DNA from: Bugula neritina
Lineage: Eukaryota; Animalia; Bryozoa
Reading direction: 5' to 3'
Assembly (NCBI GenBank): GCA_964035545.1
Contig: OZ037766.1
Span: 9,104,722-9,168,721 of the forward strand
DNA: 64,000 bases
The notes below the pieces were generated by a model that saw only the letters and a program-made list of their open reading frames with translations, did not search any database and was not told where the DNA came from. Shown one piece after another: positions 1 through 13,173 of the stretch. A program made the translations under genes and the position numbers. The number at the start of each line of letters is the position of its first letter. Position 1 is the stretch's first letter.

Positions 1-650
1 TCGGTTATACTTATAGTTAATGTTATAGTTATACAATTATACTTATAGTTATACTTATTTAGTTTTATATTTACGTTTAGCTTTAGTTTTACAATTACAT
101 TACGCTTACAGGATTACTGATTACTCATTAGACTTACTCTTAGTCATTGGTGATTAGTCATTAATATCACTTACACTTACAGTAACTCACAGTATAACTG
201 TGAGTATTGTGTTTAGTCATTATGATTATTCATTATTGTTAGAGTTACTACTAGTAGTAGTACTAGTACTAAACCTAGTCATAGTGATAGTGGCTAATAA
301 TTGCTCTATAATTAAGTTATACTTATACTTTATAGTTATAGAATCTTATAGTTATAGAGTAACTACTTACAGTTAGTGTTACACAATGACTATAAGTATA
401 AGTATAATAATAAGTTTAATAAAATTTAATTTTATTGTTATTAATTTTAATTATATGTATATAGTTATATTTATTGTAACATCGACAATATATTAATTAT
501 AATATAAATATAATACTAATACTAATAATTATACTATAACTAAGAGTGAGTAGTAGTAGTAGTAGTATTTGACTTAGTAATTACACGTACTAATTAATAT
601 TATGATAATGATTATTATTTATTTATTATCATTATCTTACATAAATATGA
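1..650. repeat. Degenerate 3/6-nt periodic low-complexity tract upstream of the DDX46 start-codon exon (probable 5'-most intron)
   Basis: Runs such as ttatac-ttatag-ttaatg-ttatag, ttacat-tacgct-tacagg, tactaa-tactaa and agtagtagt. The acceptor tgtag at about 1165 precedes the ATG exon. Confidence 0.8.
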
Positions 651-1214
651 TTAGATCAGCATTTAAACTTAACATCAAATGTTGCAAAAGAATTAATACA
701 AATGACAATATGCATACAGCTCTTTTCACTACTATTATTTAAAATTTTACTCAGTTTAATGATAGCATAAAATCTATGCTCTACCAGTTTTAATTTAAAT
801 TTTAAAACTTTTCTCTGTTTCAACATAGTGATACTGGGCATTCTGAAGTAAAGCTAACTGCCATTCACATTCATAATTTCATTGTTATAGCTGATATTTA
901 TAATCGTGGTTCCTAGTAGTAGAACTGATGTTAATATTTTATTATACCCAAACTTGAAATATAAATTTTACTTGAAAATAAGATTAAAGGTTGAGTTGTA
1001 CTGCAACTTGTAGTAGCAGAGAAATAAAGCTGTAGTAAACTTAGTAGTACTGGATTTGAAATAAATTCATGCTGCAATAGTATTGGCAGTAGCAGAAGTA
1101 TTGGTCTATTCTATGGTCTAGGTCAAAGATGTTATATTATGTTAATTTTTCATTGCCATTTGTAGAAAAAGAACTTTAAGTTTAAGGTTATAGTCAGCAA
1201 GTCATCAACTTAAC

Positions 1215-4200
1215 ATGCCCAGAGAAAGCAGGTAATGATTATTGCATAGTTATACTAGTTAATGTTTTGACTTGTGCATATTAATAAGAGTATGCTTTGA
1301 AGGATATGCAAGTTTAAGCATTTATACATTTCTAACAGACCCAGTAATTAATCAAAATTGAGGTTTTTGAAATTTTACTAAAACGCTTTATATTTATGCA
1401 ACCTGTAATATTATATTTTTATTACAATCGCCAACTCATTTCATGACGGTTAACTTGAATTTATAAGCCATAATAGAAAGTTTATTAAATGATATTTTAT
1501 GATAATACATTGCAATATAGTTTGTTTTGTCAACTGTCTTGTTCAGATGCTTACTGTGTGTTACCTGACTTTACTAGCTCAAAATGTTTTCAGATCCTAC
1601 AGAAAGAGAAGCAGGAGTCGATCAAAGTCTTCTGATCGAAAAGATGATAAAAAGACTTCTCGTCGGTCAAGATCCAGAGATCGTAAATATCGAAAACGAT
1701 CTCGCAGTCGAGATCGAAGGCGCTCAAGGTCTAGAGATAGGAAAAGGGCTAGGTCAAGAGACCGTAAGAGAAGTCGATCTGGAGATCGTAAAGAAAGGTG
1801 AAATCTGTAATGTTTTCATTGTACATAGCAGGTTGTTAATGTTAGCAAGACAATTTTTTGATTTCTTTTATTCGTTTGTTAATTCATCTCTCTGTTACAT
1901 TTTTTAACTTTGTTTTTAAATTTCATATGATTGCAGTCGCAGTAAGCGGAAGTCACGATCTCGTAGCAGGGAGAAAGATAAAAAAGAAGATAAAAGATTA
2001 GTGATTGAAGGTGCAATAGCTTCTGAGCCAGGCAGCTTGAATACAGTAAGTCATAATATTGACTAGTATAATAACAAATTTTACCCTTCTGTTTATTTTC
2101 TATTTTATTGCTACGTTATTTCATTAATTAGGAATCAGAAAAAGCTAAACTTGAAGAAGAAATGCAGAAGCGGAGAGAACGCGTAGAAAAATGGCGAAAA
2201 GAGAAAAATAAAGGAAAATCTGATAATGCAATGGTAAGTTGAAGCTGGTGATCTATATCTATTGGTAAATTAACCTGCCGCAAGCTGCTGTTGATGCAAT
2301 ATTTTATGCTGCCAGGTGATCATGCCCACCGCAAAGTCTTGGAATCTAGAAGACGAGGATGAGGACGATGATGAGACGAATGCAGAGAAGAATGACTCTG
2401 GTAGCGAGGAAGATCCCCTTGACGCGTTCATGAAGGTCTGTTGGTGGTAATTGTTGTAAATATATATTATAGAGAGTTTATGGAAATTAAGAATTAGTGT
2501 TTAAATAATAGTTTATATTGTAGGGACTTGATACAGATGAACAGAAGAAAAATGGTTCTCGTGCCCCCTCGGTTAGTACTTTTAACTCTCATCATTATGC
2601 AGCTTTCTCATTTTCAGAATGAAATAACCTGGAGTTTTGCTCTCTGTATTTTCTCCAATTTTTCTTTAACGTTTTTGTAGCCTAAAAACCAAGATGGTGC
2701 CAAAAATACGGGAAAGACTACAATAATCACAGCAGTTGTTGCTAAAAAAAGCAATGATGTGGAGAAAGTAAAAGGAGAAAGAATGGAAAATGATGCTGAT
2801 CACATGGAGGTAGCGATTTCTTATAATTTTTTAATAATTTGTTTTAAATAATAATCGCACACATTTGAAATGAATTGAATATTTTTTGGAGATTTAAGAT
2901 TGTGTTGGCTCACTACAAATTCCACTATTTTTCACTTTTATCAGTTGCCATCATACGTTGCAAACGTAATAATTATTTTCGCTCTCTCAACACCTGGTTT
3001 TGTTGCCAAGTAAAAAAGAAATACTAATATTTATAATTTAAGAATCATCTCTTTATTTACAAGTAATATAATATGACAAAGCACTTCTATATACTACTAA
3101 ACTTTACCAATACCTGCCTGAAATGTTGAAACATATTGTGAGTTTTTCAAACAAAATACTCTTTTAATTGCAATTGTGTTTATAGTTGGTTTTATACAAT
3201 TTTAGATTAGCTATGGGATAATTGCTTATAGTAAATGGTCACTTACTTTATTAGGAAAAATTAGAGTTGTCGCACAGTTTACACTTGTTGAATAAAGAAA
3301 GCTATGTATTTGAGTAATTGTTTTATAACTGCATCTGTTGTTTGTCTTGTAATATTGAGAACATTAGGAAACTTATTGAAATAAGAACAGTCGTAGTCAA
3401 ATTAAATAAGTATATGTTTGAGTAACCAAAGAGCATTTGAATTTATAGTAAGAAGACCTAACTTTTGTTTTGATGGATTTGAATGCATAATTTTTTTCTG
3501 TAATCCTAATTTTTGTTTCAATTCTAATCTCCGTAATGATCGTGTAATTTCCACACTAAATATTTCAGTATTCTTCTGAAGAAGAAGAGGAGGACCTGGA
3601 GACTACGCTGGCAAACTCGCTGAAGAATAAGAAAAAGGAATTGTTTGTTGTAGATCACGAGAAAGTTTATTACAGACCTTTTAAAAAGAATTTCTACGTT
3701 GAAGTACCACAGATAAAAGACATGTCAGCTGAAGGTTTTTATCTCCTAGTCATTATAAAACCTTTAAATTCTGGATGTGAGACAATAAATTTGTATTTGC
3801 ACTTTAACTAAATCAAATCTATGTATTTGCTCAAGAATTGTAATTATGTGGTATAAATATTTTTGGTTAACGGTTTATGATATTGCATACCCATAGTTTC
3901 AGACTAGTTCATGATAGTGTGGATGCTTACTATATATTACCTCATGTTTATTGAATATCACTTGTGATCACATGCATCTCATGTCTATGTGTCATATGGG
4001 AAACTTGCTTGGGTGTTGGTCACCTAATAACTCATGATGTCAGATGATCTTTAAAGTATGAGTTTATGCAATTTTGTAGAGGTTGAGATTATGAGAAGTG
4101 AAATGGATGATATTAAGGTGAAAGGAAAGAATTGTCCTCGCCCAGTACAAACCTGGGCTCAAGCTGGTGTATCCAAGAAACTACTTGATGCATTAAAAAA

Positions 4201-7200
4201 GTAAGCTAAAGGGTTGGAACTCAATTGGTTGTTTGTTTGTAATATCTACAACATGCATCTCAACAGGCCAAATGTATATCACAATCCTGTAATAAGTAAG
4301 GCTGTCACTTTCATAAGACAAAATGGTAACCTGGCTGTATTGATATAGTTGTATGCCAGTCAGACTAACATTTCTTCCAATTATTTCATTCTTTGCTTAC
4401 TAAGAGCTATTCTAATCAAAATATCCATGGCTTGGATTTTTTATCGTATTGCTTGAGGGTCTAGGTATTTGTATGCGTATCTGGTTTTGTTTACCAACTA
4501 CGGTAATACGTGTCAGGTATGGTTTCTTGCACATGTTGCATATTTTAGACATGGATACGCCAAACCAACTCCTATACAGATGCAAGCCATTCCTGCCATT
4601 ATGAGTGGGCGGAATCTCATTGGTATAGCCAAAACAGGAAGTGGTAAAACTGTTGCCTTTTTGCTTCCTATGCTGAGGCACATTCTAGATCAGGAAGCCA
4701 TAGAAGAGGGAGATGGTCCAGTGGGTAAGTCACAAGGTTATTACTGCTGTACAAAATTTATATTCACCCCCCCCCCCCCCGGCTTACTATGAATTAAATC
4801 TATATATAATTTATATGATATCTTGTTCACCTTACAAAGAGTGCATATATATTGTGTATCTATTTATTTAACTTTGGCTTTTAGGTATAATTCTCACTCC
4901 AACAAGAGAGTTGGCCATGCAAATCTTTAAGGAATGCAAAAGGTTTGCAAAGCCTCTAGGTTTAACGACAGTGTGTGTCTATGGAGGTACTGGCGTATCG
5001 GAGCAAATCGCTGAACTCAAAAGGGGGTGTGAAATTGTGGTCTGCACTCCTGGAAGAATGATTGACATGTTGGCGGCCAACAATGGTAGGATTATTGGTA
5101 GTTTATGTGTTTCTTTTTAAATACCTTCTTTATATCATATTGCATTATTTTTTGTTAATATTTGAAACATTCTGTAGTTAAAATACTCGCGCACTCACCC
5201 AAGTTTATAGTCGCTATCCCTGTGAAAAACCCCTGATAGAAAGGGTTTTTGTTAAAGCGGGCTAAGGACTTATTTAAATGAGGCACGGGAGCAATTATGA
5301 CTGGATGCTCTTCCTAACATCACCAATGGCCTTTGTCAGGGCTCGAACCCATGACCTCGTCTTTACTAGGCAAACGCTCTAACCCCTAGACCACGGCTGC
5401 TCCCTATTCTGTAGTTAAAATATTACTATTATATTATATATATGCTACTATTTGTTGGCTTGCTTCTTATGTTGAATAATCTTTTTTTAAACAAAAAATT
5501 CAAGATATATCGCCATAAAATACATTTGTTTTTAACTTTTCATAATTCACTGTATCTGTTCTGGGCTATTTATTAGGGAGAGTTACTAATTTACGTAGGA
5601 TTACATACGTGGTGCTGGACGAAGCCGACCGCATGTTTGATCTCGGCTTTGAACCACAAGTGATGAAAATAATTGACAATATCAGGCCCGATCGCCAGAC
5701 CGTTTTATTCTCTGCGACATTCCCTCGGCAGATGGAGGCTCTGGCCAGAAAGATACTGGACAAGCCAATAGAGGTTTTGGTTGGAGGAAGGAGTGTGGTG
5801 GCTAAGGATATATCACAACACGTTGTAAGTATTCTGTGGCAGCAGCATAGGTGACTGATGATGCTCTAGTCAGCTGCTATTTTGCTAAAATGAAATTTAT
5901 TATAAACATGATTGGCAATTTCTTCATAGTTTCTTTAGTTGTACAAATGGGTGTATGATTGTATAAGGACATTTCTTAGTTATTTCTCACTAGCAAATCC
6001 AACCTAGAAACTCATAATTTATTCAAGATTATTTATATCTTCACCAATGTTGACAGAAAGCTACCAATGTCATTATACTTTGCCTATAGGACAGATCAGC
6101 TGACGGTAAACTTGATAAATTTAATGTTAAAACAGTGCTATCACGTGATTTATTTTATCGTTTCATCTGTTTTAGATAATTTGTGACAATGAAGACAAGT
6201 TTTTAAAGCTTTTAGAACTTTTAGGTTTATACCAGGAAGATGGCAGTGTGCTGGTGTTTGTTGACAAGCAGGAGCATGCTGACGAGGTGTGTGATATTCA
6301 ATCTCATTTCAATGTTTTGTACATTTGTAGCCATTTTATTATGTATTTAAAGTAATGCCTTGTGCTACATTTTCTTGAAATTGAAAAGTGCAGTTTTATA
6401 GGCATTTCCATAAGAAATGTTGAAAATTTCTAGCTTTAAATTTTCATATTGTTAGTTGAGAGCACTAATAAAAAGTGCATAATACCTTCGAAATAATAAG
6501 CAAAATTTTATATTTCACTAAATTACTAATGGGAAGTGCTAAGGCAAAGCATAGATAATTTAAAATAAGACTTATATATAGATTACTTAACTTGCTTCTA
6601 CTTTGTCATTATGCTGTAAGTAAGAATTTTTTTTTCATCTCATTTTTGAGTTTTTCACTTATTATCGATGTTATTTTTTGTTATTTGTTCAACTACTAAG
6701 TCCTAGAAAAACATTCAACATAACTTGTAAGAAAGTAACATAAAATTACCCATAGGTAGAATTACCATTATATGTATTATTTTAAGCTAATTAGTTCTGT
6801 GGGATATCTTGTGTCTAGGAGGCAAGTATAGGTGTCAATTACCGAGTAATATTTAAATAATTTTGTATTGTGTTGTGATTTTAGCTGATGAATAATTTGT
6901 GCAAGCATTCATATCCTTGTATGGCGCTGCACGGTGGAATAGATCAATATGACCGAGATAGCACTATTCTTGATTTCAAGAATGGAAATATCAAGTTAAT
7001 GGTAGGCCATTTTGTAATTCTGGTAGTGTATTTATTATATGTAATGTTCTAAATTTATTGTTGTTATATCATTGTTATGCTGCTGTAATAATTCACTGCT
7101 ACTATAATGCGATGTCAAAAAAGTGAAACTATATTTTTAGCAGGAGGAAACAGTTGAATGTAGATTTATTAATATCTTATTTAATATCTTCTAAACTTGG

Positions 7201-10200
7201 AGCTTTGCTGCTTGTGTTTCAACTTGTTGATAGTCTTGCATTGAACACTGTTGTAAGTAGCAGTAAACTATTGGAACTAGTTTCATAGAAATTGAAACAG
7301 CAATTTTTAATGAGCATAAAAAGAGTGTTAACTGCAAATCTATGGAGAGGTACTAAGTATACGGTCATAAGATTTAGACAAGGACAGGGAAAGTTCTAAA
7401 AATCGTCATTTAAATATTTCACTTTATACGTTTCATTATTGCTGTAGCTTTTTTATGAACAACAAAATCCACAAACTATAACTTGTAAATCTCAAAAATA
7501 TATATTTGTGTTTAAAGCCTTCTGCCACCTAGCAACACTTTTTGTATTAGTATTATTGATCTTACCAATACAGTATTTTATACATCATAAAAGTGTATTC
7601 TGCAATGTAGACATTCAGAAAACTGTCAAGTATGCATTGTAAACTTGTATCTGTTTACGTTGTGTTTGTGGGTGTTGGTGAATTTTTTTTTTCTAGACAC
7701 AATGTGTAACTTTAGTCTATTGTTTTTGAACTTTTCTCAAGTATATACCTAGGTTTGTTTCCCAGTGTGTCTAGATATAAGTACCTAGTCAAATATTTCT
7801 GTGTTCTATAAAACTGTATTATAAATTTGTTCAGGTGGCCACCTCTGTAGCTGCAAGAGGGTTAGATGTTAAAGAGTTAATATTAGTTGTTAACTATGAC
7901 TGTCCCAATCACTATGAAGATTATGTGCACAGATGTGGGTGAGTGAGCTAACTCACTGCTCCTGCTTTGTTTATTGTTTAATTTTAATTTTAATTGATTC
8001 TCTGTAATTACAACGCCAGTCTTTTTAAAATTGAATCTCATTTTTTTCAAACTCGTGTCGGTGTCAGTGTTTATTTATGGTTAAAATTTTTATATTTTGT
8101 TCCTAGAATTGTATGCACATGTAAATTTAGTTTCAGTTTCGAGTAACCCTCTAATGACGAGATAGTCAATTCTGTTTCACTGTAATAGTAGAAGGCTTTC
8201 TATTAGTTTCACTGCTCCTGACTAGTTTGCTAATGCCCCTCTTTTATTTACAGTCGCACAGGTCGAGCTGGGAACAAAGGAGTTGCCTACACATTTATTA
8301 CTCCTGAACAGAAGCGGCAGGCCGGAGATGTCATGAAGGCCTTCGAGTTGAGTCACACGCCTATACCTGATGATTTAAAGACATTGTGGGACAAATATGT
8401 TGAGGAAATGAAGGCGGTTAGTTGTAAAACATTATATTAGATTTATGGGATGTTGTTTTTTGCAAGCTTACATAGTTTTTTTTAAATTTAACACATCATG
8501 TAATGAAAAATCTACCCTATAGTTTATGGTGACTTCAAAAGATTTGTTGCAAATTTATTTACTTCCGATGTGCTTCCGCATTCATTTAAATAAAGAATGT
8601 TATATATATATATATATATATATTTAAATCCTAATTTCATGTCCCAATTTCCAGATTGGGATTGCTATCAAATAATTATGCAGTTCACTGTTTCTAGGAA
8701 GGCAAGACTGTGAAAGCTGGAGGGGGTGGTTTTGGTGGCCGAGGATTTAAATTTGATGAAACTGAGGCTAACATTGCCAGTGACAGGAAGAAGGTGCAAG
8801 CTGCAGCTCTCGGTATCACCCACGATGGCGGGGAAGATGAAGGACCTGCTGATGTGATTATTATATACTCTACTTTAACCTTTGCTGTTTAAATGTTAAC
8901 AGTGCAGCAGAATCACTGCATATTATCTTATAATCTAGAGACCTAAGTTCCATTATAAATCTCATTCATGCTTTTTATTGGCTATGGGTTGGTTCTGATC
9001 ACCAATGTTACAAGTAGAACGCCTTTCAAATCAGTATTTCCTTGTTTTCATAGTAGTGTGCGTTACTTAATTATAATGGTGTTTGGGATCCTTTTTTTAC
9101 AGTGTGTAAACACACAATGCGTTTGATAATGAACTTTCAAAAGATTACCAAAGTGCAAGAACTCTCTACATTTCTATGTCTGAGTGTGTGATGGCAACTG
9201 TAGTGTTGTTTGTCAATTGTTGTAGATTGATGAGCAGATCGAGACCATGTTTGCTAGTAAAAAGAGAGTAACCGATGTGGCTAAGGCAAACATGCCTATA
9301 GTTGCTGCAGGTTTGTTTCATTTGTGTAATTCATGAAAAATATAACCTATTAGAGTTTTGTGGTACTTTATGCAATAGCTAAATGTAAAAGTAATGATAG
9401 TATAAGGTTTTTAGGTTGTACTATCTACTTGCTGTTAGTTTTAGTCAATACTTATTATGTCACACTACTAGCCGAAGCGTATATTCTATCTAACAATAAT
9501 AAAGTTTATTCAATTAGATCTCCAAATTGGCTATTATCCATATTTTTTTATCATGCCTTATATTTCATAGTCACAATAAATGTTTCTATAGATGGAACAT
9601 ACTTTTGTAGGTACCCAAACACCTGCTCAGTCTCAAAATCTCAAAGCCTTAGAGGAAGCTCGCCTACGAGCCTCTACAGTTCACAGGGCTAGAAATATAG
9701 GCGCTGAGGCTACAGATATCACACAGCAAGCTGCAGCCGCTCTACTTAGAGGCGGTGCTTTACAAGCCCCTCAAGTTTCGGTAAATGCATTTGGCCTTCA
9801 CTTGAAAATTTACAATCAATTTATTAGTTTTTGGCTCTTTCACGTGAAATTTAACTGGCGGTTACAAATTTTTGTGTCAAAACTCGAACAAACATAACTT
9901 TATTTTATTTCAGTGGAAGATTAGCTAAGATTTACACCCTTCACTTCACCAAATAGCATAAATTAGCTCAACCTTATAGCACAGAGCACCAAGTTCAGTG
10001 CAGCTCGCAGTAACAGTAAAATATGTATTGACCGCCATTGTTTTCTCTGTTTAAGACGCGAACTATAGCCAATCAGATGGCTGAAAAGCTCAATGCTAAG
10101 CTGGGTTACACAGCTCGAGTGGAAGAGGAAGAAGAGGTCGTGGAAACAGTGACGAGATATGAAGAGGAGCTAGAGATCAATGATTTCCCTCAGACTTGCA

Positions 10201-10729
10201 GATGGCGAGTGACATCAAGGGTTAGTATAGATATTTTTATTTGTCTAGTGTTGTACTCCTACTTTCTATCTGGAATTAAGTTTATTGTTTTGTTGTTCCT
10301 TGAAATGTAGTTTTGCAATTAATTATGTTTTTAACATTTTTCAACATAGAAACAGATGCATAAACATTTGAAAATATTACCGAAGTACAATATTTTTTAT
10401 CGTAATGTAATATGATGGCAGTCAGTAATATCTCTTACTTTAGGTTAAAATCACTTTGAACTAGTAAGATGTTGTGTGGTTTGTTGTAGGATGCGTTGGC
10501 AAGTATAAGTGAGTACGCAGAGGCGGGCATTACTGTCAGGGGCACATATGTTTTACCTAACAAGGAGCCCCCAGCTGGTGAGCAAAAGCTCTACTTGGCC
10601 ATAGAAGCTACGTCCGAGTTGGCAGTACAGAAGGCTAAAGCTGAAATCACTAGACTGATAAAAGAGGAACTTGTCAGACTACAGAACTCTTACCAACCTA
10701 TTAACAAGAGCAGATATACTGTTGTTTGA
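1215..10729 (+). CDS. DDX46: DEAD-box RNA helicase DDX46/Prp5, 21 coding exons
   Basis: GT-AG exons in consistent phase: 1215-1231, 1594-1797, 1937-2045, 2132-2233, 2316-2435, 2524-2571, 2681-2809, 3569-3734, 4080-4200, 4549-4724, 4885-5085, 5577-5824, 6176-6286, 6885-7001, 7835-7938, 8254-8416, 8698-8853, 9226-9310, 9611-9780, 10056-10220, 10490-10729. Protein starts [14 protein letters not shown] (RS domain) and contains [62 protein letters not shown] and C-terminal [14 protein letters not shown] at about 10815. Confidence 0.96.
5186..5405 (-). mobile_element. tRNA-derived SINE, full-length copy with 17-bp TSD
   Basis: Perfect direct repeat ATTCTGTAGTTAAAATA at 5169-5185 and 5406-5422. The minus strand has an A-box-like TGGTCTAGGGG and a B-box GGTTCGAGCC, followed by GGCCATTGGTGATGTTAGGAAGAGCATCCAG. 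Three further copies occur in the window. Confidence 0.88.
8601..8623. repeat. (TA)n microsatellite
   Basis: Direct read. Confidence 0.9.
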
Positions 10730-10847
10730 AATACCCTTCATGTACAGATGACTTGTGATTTGCTGATATTCACTACCAACACATAGCAAATACTTTTCAC
10801 ACATTTGTTTTGTAAATAAAAAATCATTCTCATTCTTTAGCTATATA

Positions 10848-12616
10848 CAGTGCTGTGAAAAAGTTTAAGGACGCTTGCAGAAATTTCTATGTATTTCTAT
10901 GTATTGTTTAATAGGCATTTCTTGGAAGTTCTTAGTATTTTCCTGCAAGTTCTATATATCAAAATGACCCTTAGAATGTGCACTACAATTTTCAGGTTAT
11001 AAATTTCTACTGCTATGATGTTTTCTACCTATTTTCAGGCTAACTATACAAGCAGCGAGGAAAGCGCAACTCCTGTGTTTTTATGTTTCCAAAGTTTATT
11101 GCTTCTGATAATCACAAAAGGCTAAACAGTGAAATTTTACTTTGTACATGACATCATGATACCATAAAGTATGACTTTCTTCCATGATTTGAAATCTGTC
11201 ATTTAGTTGTAAGCTTTTACATGGTGTCCACTTAGGTGCTGCGCATAGACAAAATGAGAGCTGTAAATCTTACTTCAGAAGCAAGGTTTGTAACAATTTT
11301 TTTTTTAACGAAGGTTATTCAGTTAGGAAAATATCTGAAAAGGTTGGCAAAGCAAAAACAGCTGTTTATCAAGTTATCAGGAATTTCATGGAGACTGGTA
11401 GTGTAGCAGATCGACCTGGAAGTGGACGACCAAGAATAAGCACACTCGGAGATGACAAGGTTTTCATTAGGGTCAGCAAGAAAAATCGCCATAAAACAAG
11501 TTCTGAGTTGGCAAAGAATGATCAGAATCGACAGGAACAACAGCTTCGACATCCCTGATAAGGTGAAGACTGCTGAGCAATGGTCTATGTGTCTGCAAAG
11601 CAAGAAGGAAGCCTCTACTAACCGAGAAGTAGCAAGAAAACCGGCTACGGTTTGGTCAAGGAGCATGGTAGTTAACAGTGAATGATTAGAAAAAAGTAAT
11701 TATTTCAAATAAATCTACATTTAATGTGAACAATCATGCTGGAAACTGTTTTGTTAGAAGATATCAGTATGAGAAAAATAACCCCTAATGTATTCTTACA
11801 ACAATTAAGCACCCTATCGGTGTTATGTTCTGGCTGGGGTTGTATAGCATCAAAAGGTGTAGGTCGACTCAGTAATTGCTCTAGAATGATGTTAATGCCC
11901 AAAAATATATAGAGAATCTCAATGCTAAACTTCTTCCAATCATAAAAAACTTCTTTTTAAATGGAATTAACGTATTTGAGGATGACAATGCACCATGCCA
12001 AATTGGGCAAAAACTGTTGAAGAGTGGATGAAAAAGCAGAGGGTCTCAACGCTTAACTGGCCAGCCTAATAAGAAATTCATGGTCAAGAATGGCTAAAAT
12101 AGTCTCTTCACAGAAGCCAACAACTAAGGTGACACTCATAGAGCCTGTAATTCATCAATAGGATCATGTTGTGACTGAAAACGAGTTGGAGAAGCTGTAC
12201 GAGTTGATGCCTCGTCGCTGCCAACTAGTGATTGAGAATAAAGGCTGGCCAACAAAACATTGATATACTAAAATTTAAAGCACTGTGTGTTGCAATGCTG
12301 CTATAATGTGTAGAACAAATTACATACAATATTTTTTTATGTTTCAAATAAAATATTCTGATATCCTACAGTACACACAAATTGTGAGAACGTTGAATAA
12401 TTCCCATATATGCATAGTATCTCATTATTTCACCCATATTTTGGAAGGAAGTGAAAAGAGACGCTAATGATTTAGGTAAATGAGATAAGGAGATCTTAAG
12501 GATCATTTTGATAGGCATCATGTCTATGGAAATGCTTTTGTTATGTCTTAAAATTAGCTTGGAATATTGCTGTTATGGAAAACAATGAGGCGTCCTTAAA
12601 CTTTTTCACAGCACTG
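10848..12616 (+). mobile_element. Tc1/mariner DNA transposon, full-length but decayed
   Basis: Perfect 27-bp TIR CAGTGCTGTGAAAAAGTTTAAGGACGC at 10848-10874 and 12590-12616, with TA on both sides. Contains an internal transposase remnant. Confidence 0.93.
11254..12263 (+). pseudogene. Tc1-family transposase pseudogene with multiple frameshifts/stops
   Basis: Fragments in shifting frames: EGYSVRKIS (HTH), ETGSVADRPGSGRPR, RKKPLL, GCIASKGVGRL, FEDDNAPC, LNWPA* and LYELMPRRCQLVIENKGWPTKH*. Confidence 0.88.
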
Positions 12617-12924
12617 TATCTCTTGTGTTGAAAAGTTTCTTTCATGATATATTGAAAATTGAGACTGCTAAATTTCAAGAGCAATTTATGAGTGATATAC
12701 TAATTGAATTACCTATAGCACATTTCTATTATTGCTGCTTAGTAGTTTATTCAGATTTTTTAAAATTCAGTAAGTGTTGATTGTCGAAGTGAATCAGGTT
12801 TAGCCACTGCTTCTGTCAAATATATAAGACAAAAGGGATATAAAAACACTGATTCTTTGACCCTGCTAAACTAAACAAGCGCCTGGTCAGCGAACTTGCC
12901 ACTGAAAAAATATATGCTCAACCT

Positions 12925-12970
12925 GTTTGTGGCAGATGTTTCAGGGCTTGTCCCTTCGTCAGCACAGAAC
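12925..12970 (-). ncRNA. Minimal hammerhead-ribozyme-like motif (Penelope/retrozyme type), probably degenerate
   Basis: The minus strand reads GTTCTGTG-CTGACGA-AGGG-ACAAG-CCCT-GAAA-CATCTGC-CACAAAC: CUGANGA and GAAA core boxes, a perfect stem II and a stem I. The U of the NUH site is missing. Confidence 0.45.
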
Positions 12971-13173
12971 AGCGTACCATGGCGCACACCTTCGCAATAG
13001 AAGAAACTTGTGTTTCTACTAAAGCGTATGCGAATCAGATAGCTCAAGTAACTATATTATGTCGCAGGAGGTACGTAGCCTTGCATAAATATTTTGTAGA
13101 GTTTTCTCTCCCTGAGTTTTTTGCCGTATTTTAAAGACCTTAGTACGCGCATCAACAATCCACATCGTGCAAC

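Noticed and set aside
5330-5405. Possible tRNA gene
   Set aside because: It is the head of a TSD-flanked SINE with multiple diverged copies, and I could not fold a complete cloverleaf.
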